Part shown: positions 5,388-12,076 of the stretch, piece by piece
How the letters are laid out: every line of letters begins with the position of its first letter
Numbering within the stretch: position 1 is the first letter of the stretch
Assembly (NCBI GenBank): GCA_965649055.1
Contig: CBFGJG010000044.1
Coordinates: 1 to 15,281, forward strand
Direction of reading: 5' to 3'
DNA: 15,281 nucleotides
Origin: a candidate division WOR-3 bacterium
Lineage (GTDB): Bacteria > Hydrothermota > UBA3072 > B12-G15
Program-made: the position numbers and the translations under genes
Notes under the pieces: generated by a model
Database searches by the model: none
What the model was told of the DNA's origin: nothing
What the model saw: the letters and a program-made list of their open reading frames with translations, nothing else

Positions 5388-7918
5388 AATTTCACCACCC
5401 AGTTTAAATAGAATTTTTTGTCAAATGGATAAACAGGGAATTCCATTGTGAAATAGCCAAGATTTATACCAAAGCCACTTTCATAATAAAGGTCATTATC
5501 AAGCCTTGCTAACCTGAAATATGGCTTAAAATTAAAAACATCCGTTGCTAATTCAAGAAAGAACATTTTTTCACCTGATATTCCTTTCCCACTATAATAT
5601 GTTAATCCTTCTCCTGATGAGAAATGTCTGGATAGAGGAGAGGAAAAGTTATTAAATGGGAATATAAAATTAAAAGATGGGTCATAAAGTGCATTTCCTT
5701 CAAGGTATATCTTCTCTGTCCAAGGTGTTTCTCCTTTTGTTATTATGTATGCTATCTTCAAAGAGGAATTCATAAGTTTCCTTAATCTAAAGAAAAATCC
5801 TATACCAGTTTTTATAAATTCATCACCATTATAACTTCCTGCTGTGAATCGTGATGTATAATTAAAAGGTATATTAAAAAATTTGTTATAACCTGAAAAA
5901 CCAAGAGATATTTTTGGATAATTCAAAGGCGTCTTTAATTCTGTAAAACTTAAATCGTATTTTATTTCATTTTTTAATATATTCAAATTGCTTTGTATTT
6001 CAAGTCTATCAAGACCTATATAATTTCTTCTTAAAGAAAAGATATAGAATTTTCCTTCTCTTATCTTAAGAAAATATTCATAATCTCCATCTTTTGTGAA
6101 TGTTAGATATCCTATTGCATTATGTCTTATAGCCTGTGATATTGAAGCCCCGAATCCATAATAGTATTTCGTTGATTTGTAAAGCAAAGGAAGAAAGGTT
6201 ATGTTTAATGCAGTTATATCATCAGGTGTATAGAAAAATGGTTTGAAATAAATCTTTTTAGGAATAGTGTTATTCCACTCATCTCTCTCAACAAGTAGGT
6301 TTTCAGGGTCAACAGATACAGATTGTATATTACCATTTACATTTAAATCCTTATATATTATAGTATCAATTGTCTCTCTGTCTGTTTTTATTATTATTGG
6401 TATTGGAAGGTCAAGGTTCTCCTTCTTTAATGTTATTACATTATTTTTTATTTCAGGATAAAAGTCAAAATTATCTGTAGAATAAAGCAGTTTTTTTATC
6501 TCTTTTATCTTTCTTGGACCCATATAACTTGATAGTATCATAAGAAAATCATTTGGTGAAGGATGTGCAAATTTACATAATTCAAAGTATTCTCTTATGA
6601 ACATATTGAATCTTTCTTCACCCATTATTTCATTTAAATACTCAAGAATAGTTGAACCTTTATTGTATGCAAGTAGATAGTATTTTTTCATTTCATAAGG
6701 TTTTTTACCAATAACAGGTTCTCTATCATTTGAATTTTCGAAAACATATAAAGGCTTTTTATTATTCCTTCCTATTCTGTAATATCTATATTTTCTTATG
6801 GTATCAGGATAAAATGTTCTCATATATTTGTTTTCAAAGAATGTTGCAAAACTTTCATCAAGGAATGAATAGTCCATTTCATTATTACCTAAAACTCCAT
6901 AGAACCATTGATGCGCAACTTCGTGTGCTATAACATCTTCAAGCATTAAATCACCAACCAGAGGAACTCTTGTTGAGTATCTTCCAATCGAGACCATATT
7001 TGGATATTCCATTCCACCGAAGAATATAGGGCTTGAGACTACTATAAGATTTTTATAGGGATATTTTCCAATCCATTCATTGAATGTCTTAACTATCCTT
7101 ACTACTTTATCTGGAATATTCTTCCATTTATTTTTTTCCTTTTTATCATAGACAATATATATATATATATCATCAACATTTGTCTTATTAACAACCACAT
7201 TTTTGTCTATAATCCAAGTAAAATCATGAACATTACTTGCTTTTAAAATTGACTTGTATCTTCCTGTTGTATCTATATTTTCTCCTTTAACTATCTTTTC
7301 AATATTTGACAGATACCTTTCATCGCCTATCATCTCACCTGTTCCAAATAGTATATATTTTGCAGGTATTTCTATCTCAACATTATAATCTCCAAATTCG
7401 TTGTAAAATTCTCCTTCCATTCTGTATCCATCAATATGCCATCCTTCATTGTCAAAACAGGAAATCTGCGGATACCAGTATGCAAAGATAATATGATTAC
7501 CTGATCTGCCAAACCTTGTGTAAAGAAAAGGAACTTTAAGTTCAAATTTTATATAGAAATTCTTTGTTTCACCAGGTTTAATTGGTTCTGGTAAAATAAT
7601 CATCATAATATCTGATGAGTCATTATACTCATTTATTTCAAATGTATCATATTTTAATTCAATAATCTTTATGTATCCAAGGTTCTTTTTTGATATTGGG
7701 ATATTCCAGCCCCTTTTCTTTAAATCTTTATGAAGTCTGCTATTAAGTCTCATAGAATTGTAATACATATTGAAATATATCGTATCAAGTGTAGAGGTAG
7801 AATTATTCCTGTAAAGAATGGTTTCTTCTCCATATAGAATGTTTAAACTATCATTAAAAGATGCTCTGATATCATAATTCACATATTGCTGGAAATAGGA
7901 AAAAATTATAAAAAACAT
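5384..7918 (-). CDS. M1 family zinc aminopeptidase with a beta-strand-rich C-terminal region
   Basis: GGMEYP exopeptidase motif, HEVAHQWF followed by LDESF (HExxH-x18-E) and AYNKG. The start is moved to ATG 7918, downstream of SD GGAGGT (~7923-7928). Confidence 0.9.
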   Translation of the reverse strand: MFFIIFSYFQQYVNYDIRASFNDSLNILYGEETILYRNNSTSTLDTIYFNMYYNSMRLNSRLHKDLKKRGWNIPISKKNLGYIKIIELKYDTFEINEYNDSSDIMMIILPEPIKPGETKNFYIKFELKVPFLYTRFGRSGNHIIFAYWYPQISCFDNEGWHIDGYRMEGEFYNEFGDYNVEIEIPAKYILFGTGEMIGDERYLSNIEKIVKGENIDTTGRYKSILKASNVHDFTWIIDKNVVVNKTNVDDIYIYIVYDKKEKNKWKNIPDKVVRIVKTFNEWIGKYPYKNLIVVSSPIFFGGMEYPNMVSIGRYSTRVPLVGDLMLEDVIAHEVAHQWFYGVLGNNEMDYSFLDESFATFFENKYMRTFYPDTIRKYRYYRIGRNNKKPLYVFENSNDREPVIGKKPYEMKKYYLLAYNKGSTILEYLNEIMGEERFNMFIREYFELCKFAHPSPNDFLMILSSYMGPRKIKEIKKLLYSTDNFDFYPEIKNNVITLKKENLDLPIPIIIKTDRETIDTIIYKDLNVNGNIQSVSVDPENLLVERDEWNNTIPKKIYFKPFFYTPDDITALNITFLPLLYKSTKYYYGFGASISQAIRHNAIGYLTFTKDGDYEYFLKIREGKFYIFSLRRNYIGLDRLEIQSNLNILKNEIKYDLSFTELKTPLNYPKISLGFSGYNKFFNIPFNYTSRFTAGSYNGDEFIKTGIGFFFRLRKLMNSSLKIAYIITKGETPWTEKIYLEGNALYDPSFNFIFPFNNFSSPLSRHFSSGEGLTYYSGKGISGEKMFFLELATDVFNFKPYFRLARLDNDLYYESGFGINLGYFTMEFPVYPFDKKFYLNWVVKL

Positions 7919-7920
7919 AT

Positions 7921-8859
7921 TCACCTCCATTTAAAACCTTTTTTGATTGTTATAAAAAGACCTATTGGTATCACACTCAAGAATTGGGTTAAATGATATA
8001 TTATCGCAAAAGATAAAGCCTTTTCGTGTCCTATTCCGAATGTGGTTAAAGAAATTTTTATAAAAAAATGAAAAGGACCTATATCGCCAGGTGATGAAGG
8101 TATAGTTATACCAAGTGTGAATAAATATAGTGTTATTATAGCATTAAAGAAGGGAAGGTTAATCTGCATACCTTTATATAAAACATATATTGATAGTGCA
8201 GTAAAAAACCAGACAAGAAAAGTCGATAAAACTGCAATTAACAGGTTTAATGGTCTTTTAAAAATATTTAAACCTTCTGTGAACATATAAAGAAAGGAAA
8301 AGAATTTTCTATCTTTTAGATTTTTTAATTTGGGTTTTGATAAAATTAGGGTTATTACAGCTATAAGCGTAATTATAATAAGAATAATTGAAAAAAATTT
8401 TATCTTCAGGAAAACAGACGAAACTTGGGCAACCTCTTCCGGAATTAAAACACCAAGCGAAAGGATAAATATAAGGTCAAGAATTCTTTCAACCAAGACA
8501 GTTGCAAAAACAGAACTGAAAGGGATTTTATAATCATCACTCACTACGAAGGATTTTGCAAACTCTCCAATCTTTCCGGGAAGAATATAGTTAATAAAAT
8601 ATCCAAAATTTTCTATCAGGAAAAGATAAAAATAGTTTGTTTCGGAGAATGTAATGAGGTATTTCCATCTGATTCCACGGAAGAACATTGCAAATAAAGT
8701 GAGAATACAGGTTATTAAGAAAAATAGATAGAAAAAAGAATTATTTATCTCTTTAAAGTATAGAGGTAACTTCTTTAATGAAACATTTTTTACTGAAAGA
8801 TATATAAAAAGTATTGAAATGATTATTCCAAAGATTAATCTTAATGTATTTTTTTTCAA
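7921..8859 (-). CDS. Lysylphosphatidylglycerol synthase TM-domain (UPF0104, flippase-like) membrane protein
   Basis: Multiple TM helices with R-x-x-RW, N-x-ILPGKIGE, ERILD and IPSSPG-x-IG motifs. TTG start directly after the buk stop. Confidence 0.85.
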   Translation of the reverse strand: MKKNTLRLIFGIIISILFIYLSVKNVSLKKLPLYFKEINNSFFYLFFLITCILTLFAMFFRGIRWKYLITFSETNYFYLFLIENFGYFINYILPGKIGEFAKSFVVSDDYKIPFSSVFATVLVERILDLIFILSLGVLIPEEVAQVSSVFLKIKFFSIILIIITLIAVITLILSKPKLKNLKDRKFFSFLYMFTEGLNIFKRPLNLLIAVLSTFLVWFFTALSIYVLYKGMQINLPFFNAIITLYLFTLGITIPSSPGDIGPFHFFIKISLTTFGIGHEKALSFAIIYHLTQFLSVIPIGLFITIKKGFKWR

Positions 8860-9912
8860 TCAGTATTCCTTAATATTTTCAACACCTTTTAGAACCCTGA
8901 AACCTGCTTCTGCCATTGCTTCTATCTCGTTTTCACCCGGGAATACGAGTATTCTCCCGAGGAAGTTTATTCTCTCGCTAATATCTCTTATGAGTCTTTC
9001 CGATTTTGCAAGTCCACCTGTTAATAATATCGCATCTATTTGTCCATATAGGACGGTTGCCATTGCCCCTATCTCTTTTGCTATCTGATATATCATTGCC
9101 TTGTATATAAGTTCTGCTTTCTTATCACCGTTGTCAATCATCTCGAAGACCTTTCTTAAATCACTTGTTCCAAGGTATGCATAAAGTCCACCACCACCAA
9201 CCATTCTTTTCTTAAACCAGTTCTTATCATATTTTCCAGAAAAACAAAGTTCCATCAAAGAATATGCAGGCAGTCCGCCAGCCCTGTCAGGGGAGAAAGG
9301 ACCTTCCTGTATCGCGTTATTTGCATCTATTATTCTTCCGTGTCTTACAGGACATATTGAAATTCCACTCCCAAGATGTGCGACTATAAACCTTGAATTC
9401 TCGATATAGATACCAAGCATATCTGCAGCCTTTCTGACAGTCCTTTTTATATTCAGTGTATGCTGCAGCGCTTCCCTTTCAAGTTCAGGTATACCTGAAA
9501 TCCTCGCAACATCTTCAAATTCATCAACTGATACAGGGTCAACAATATATGCTTTTACATTGAATTTATCAGCAACTTTTTTTGCTAATACAGCACCTAT
9601 ATTTGATATATGTTCTGCCTTCATATTACCACTCATAATATCCTGTATCATTTTTTCATTCACTTCATATGTTCCACCTTCCAGAGGTCTGAATAATCCA
9701 CCCCTTCCAATCACACAATTTAAATTATCGACTTTGTGAAGGTTAAGTAATTGTATAATGCTATTGAATCTAAATTCAATCTGTTCTGTAGCCTTTGAGA
9801 ATTTTTTTATTGACTCGTCATATTCAATATCTTCCCTCCATTTTTCATTTTCATTTTCCCATAGAGCTATTTTTGTTGATGTATTTCCTGGATTTATTAC
9901 AAGGACCCTCAT
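8860..9912 (-). CDS. buk: Butyrate kinase
   Basis: LVINPGNTSTKIA, GRGG, HISNIGA, IVDPVSVDE, VAHLGSGIS, GPFSPDRAG, YQIAKEIG, LTGGLA, PGENE. SD AGGAGG. Confidence 0.95.
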   Translation of the reverse strand: MRVLVINPGNTSTKIALWENENEKWREDIEYDESIKKFSKATEQIEFRFNSIIQLLNLHKVDNLNCVIGRGGLFRPLEGGTYEVNEKMIQDIMSGNMKAEHISNIGAVLAKKVADKFNVKAYIVDPVSVDEFEDVARISGIPELEREALQHTLNIKRTVRKAADMLGIYIENSRFIVAHLGSGISICPVRHGRIIDANNAIQEGPFSPDRAGGLPAYSLMELCFSGKYDKNWFKKRMVGGGGLYAYLGTSDLRKVFEMIDNGDKKAELIYKAMIYQIAKEIGAMATVLYGQIDAILLTGGLAKSERLIRDISERINFLGRILVFPGENEIEAMAEAGFRVLKGVENIKEY

Positions 9913-9913
9913 T

Positions 9914-10330
9914 CTAACCTCCTATTATTTTTAATTTTGTTTTTTCTTTTATAAATTTAATCACATCTTTCTTAAAACTATCATTTATCCTTACATAAAT
10001 ACCCCTGTAATTTTCCAGCCTTGTAGTTAAATCAAACGGGCTTAAAAATATTCCATTTTTTTCTATGTAACATCTTTTAAGTTCATCCCATTTTTTTTCT
10101 CTTTTTATCCCGAGGTGTTTTATTGTTATTCCATTTTCATTAATCTTGTATTGGGTTGGTGAATAGTAGGGTATAACTGATGCAAGTAATACAATTAAAG
10201 TAAAAAATGCAAAGAATTTACTTATTAAGAAGAATACGCCTGCTGAAAGAACAATAATAAATATAAGGACTATAATGCCCTTTTTCTTATTTTCTTTGAA
10301 TGGAAAGCTTGTCCATTCCATCAAATCCAT
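9914..10330 (-). CDS. Hypothetical membrane protein (2 TM helices + PH-like soluble domain)
   Basis: W-x-S-x-P N-terminus, two hydrophobic helices, then PTQYKINENGI...KKWDE...GIFLSPF...RLENYRG. Tightly packed in the gene run. Confidence 0.7.
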   Translation of the reverse strand: MDLMEWTSFPFKENKKKGIIVLIFIIVLSAGVFFLISKFFAFFTLIVLLASVIPYYSPTQYKINENGITIKHLGIKREKKWDELKRCYIEKNGIFLSPFDLTTRLENYRGIYVRINDSFKKDVIKFIKEKTKLKIIGG

Positions 10331-10802
10331 CTTTCAAATTTTTGTATGTCTCTTCAAGAGAAACAGGTATAACCTTCGTCTCTCCAATAATCGGCATAAA
10401 ATTTGTATCACCATTCCATCTCGGAACAATATGAATATGGATATGATGTTCAAAACCTGCTCCTGCTATTCTTCCAATATTTATACCAACATTGTAACCT
10501 TGAGGCCTCATTCTATTTTCAAGTATTTCTATAGATGCCTGTGTTAATTTCATCATTTCAAAAATTTCATCATCATTAAGTTTTTTTATTTCTCCAGTAT
10601 GAGTGTAAGGTGCTATCATAATATGTCCGGGATTGTATGGATATATATTCATTATAACAAAAACATTTTTACCCCTGAAAAGTATCATATTTTCTTCATC
10701 TTTTTTTTCTTTTGATTTCTTACAGAATATGCATTCTTCTGAATCTGCCTTGGAAATGTATTTCATCCTCCAAGGTGCCCATAATATACTTTTTTTTAGA
10801 AT
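10287..10802 (-). CDS. HIT family hydrolase (Ap4A phosphorylase/hydrolase-like), probable non-AUG start
   Basis: CIFC, NIYPYNPGH, GINIGRIAGAG and HIHIHIVPRWNGDTNFMP. The family N-terminal motif LWAPWR lies in frame upstream of ATG 10766, so the start is placed at ATT 10802. Confidence 0.88.
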   Translation of the reverse strand: MLKKSILWAPWRMKYISKADSEECIFCKKSKEKKDEENMILFRGKNVFVIMNIYPYNPGHIMIAPYTHTGEIKKLNDDEIFEMMKLTQASIEILENRMRPQGYNVGINIGRIAGAGFEHHIHIHIVPRWNGDTNFMPIIGETKVIPVSLEETYKNLKDGFDGMDKLSIQRK

Positions 10803-12034
10803 AATGACCTCCTTTCACTGCTTACCTGTTTCTTCTCTTCTTTGAATATTTTAATCTCTCCATATACGCCATCGTATCCAGGAACAATTTCAATATTTTG
10901 AGCAAGCATATTTTTTATTCCTTTAAAAATATTACAATCAACAAGCCTTTCTATTTCTCTTAAGTCATCTTTCAATATAATTGAAAATTCATCTCCCAAT
11001 GCACATATTATCTTTTCATATTCATTTATTACTGATTTATTCGTAATGTTTTTTCCCTGTGCAAGGGCTATAATTTCTCTTAAAGGTATAAGTTTTTTGA
11101 ATGGTATTGCATTTTTCGGAATAAAATTTTCATCTCTATCGGCAAGTTCTTCAACCCGGTGAAGAACACCTATTGTCAAAGGCCTTTTACATACAGGACA
11201 GATATTCTTATTTTTTATAGATTCCTTAGGATGAAGCCTTACATTACAATTTCTATGTCCATCAAAGTGATATTTTCCTTCTTCAGGAAAAAATTCAATC
11301 GTAAAAAGAAATTTGTTTTTATCTTTTGTTTCAAGGACTTTTTTTAAACTATAATAATCGAGCCTTTCAGAGAATGCATTTGCTTCCCTTCCAATATTCT
11401 CAGGTGAATGTGCATCTGAATTTGATACAAGACTGAATCTGTCGAGCTTTGACAATCTCCAGTTCATATTTGGGTCACTCGACAGACCTGTCTCAAGAGC
11501 AGTTATCTTATTTGTGTAATCTCCAAAAGCCTCTTCCAAATCATCAAATCCGGAATTCGAACCGAAAAGACTGAACCATGGCGTCCAGATATGCGCAGGA
11601 ATGAGCATAGCATCTTCACAGGTTGAAAATAAAATCTTCATAAGCCTTGGTATGTTCATACCGAGTGTAGGCCTTCCGTCCGAATCAAGTTTACCAAAAC
11701 GCATAAGGTATTTATTAAACTCCTTTACAAATTTAAATTCCGGGAAACCAATAACAATGTGAATTTTTTTAAGTCTCTCTTTGTGCGTAAATATTAAACT
11801 TATCTCAGATGTTAGAATAAAATCAATATCTTTGTATTTGTAAATGCCATTTCCACTATATTCAAGATTATTTTCAAGTTCAGCAAGCCACAGGGAATTT
11901 GTGCAGTCAGCAGTTCCTAATAAGTGAACACCTTTTTCTTTTGCAGCCTTTACCATTCCATCAAGGTCGAGTTTTGGGCTTGTCGCCCTTGAGTATTTTG
12001 AGTGTAAATGTAAATCAGCAATATAGTATTTCAT
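10796..12034 (-). CDS. Endonuclease Q family protein (PHP domain + Zn finger)
   Basis: ADLHLHSKYSRATS, DGRP, IPAHIWTPWFS, ETGLSSD, SNSDAHS, GKYHFDGHRNC, CPVC, GVLHRVEELAD, PGYDGVYG. Confidence 0.9.
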   Translation of the reverse strand: MKYYIADLHLHSKYSRATSPKLDLDGMVKAAKEKGVHLLGTADCTNSLWLAELENNLEYSGNGIYKYKDIDFILTSEISLIFTHKERLKKIHIVIGFPEFKFVKEFNKYLMRFGKLDSDGRPTLGMNIPRLMKILFSTCEDAMLIPAHIWTPWFSLFGSNSGFDDLEEAFGDYTNKITALETGLSSDPNMNWRLSKLDRFSLVSNSDAHSPENIGREANAFSERLDYYSLKKVLETKDKNKFLFTIEFFPEEGKYHFDGHRNCNVRLHPKESIKNKNICPVCKRPLTIGVLHRVEELADRDENFIPKNAIPFKKLIPLREIIALAQGKNITNKSVINEYEKIICALGDEFSIILKDDLREIERLVDCNIFKGIKNMLAQNIEIVPGYDGVYGEIKIFKEEKKQVSSERRSLF

Positions 12035-12040
12035 AAAGTA

Positions 12041-12069
12041 AAAATAATATAGAAATTTTTTTAAGTCAA
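12041..12069 (-). promoter_or_regulatory. Putative sigma70 promoter of the EndoQ gene run
   Basis: Minus strand TTGACT (12069-12064), 17 nt, TATTTT (12046-12041), ending 6 nt before the ATG at 12034. Confidence 0.45.
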
Positions 12070-12076
12070 TTAAAAT

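Noticed and set aside
7155..7170. (AT)8 microsatellite inside the M1 peptidase gene as a phase-variation site
   Set aside because: The frame is intact and the run encodes an ordinary beta strand (DIYIYIV). Such runs are plausible by chance at this AT content, and variation cannot be shown from one sequence.
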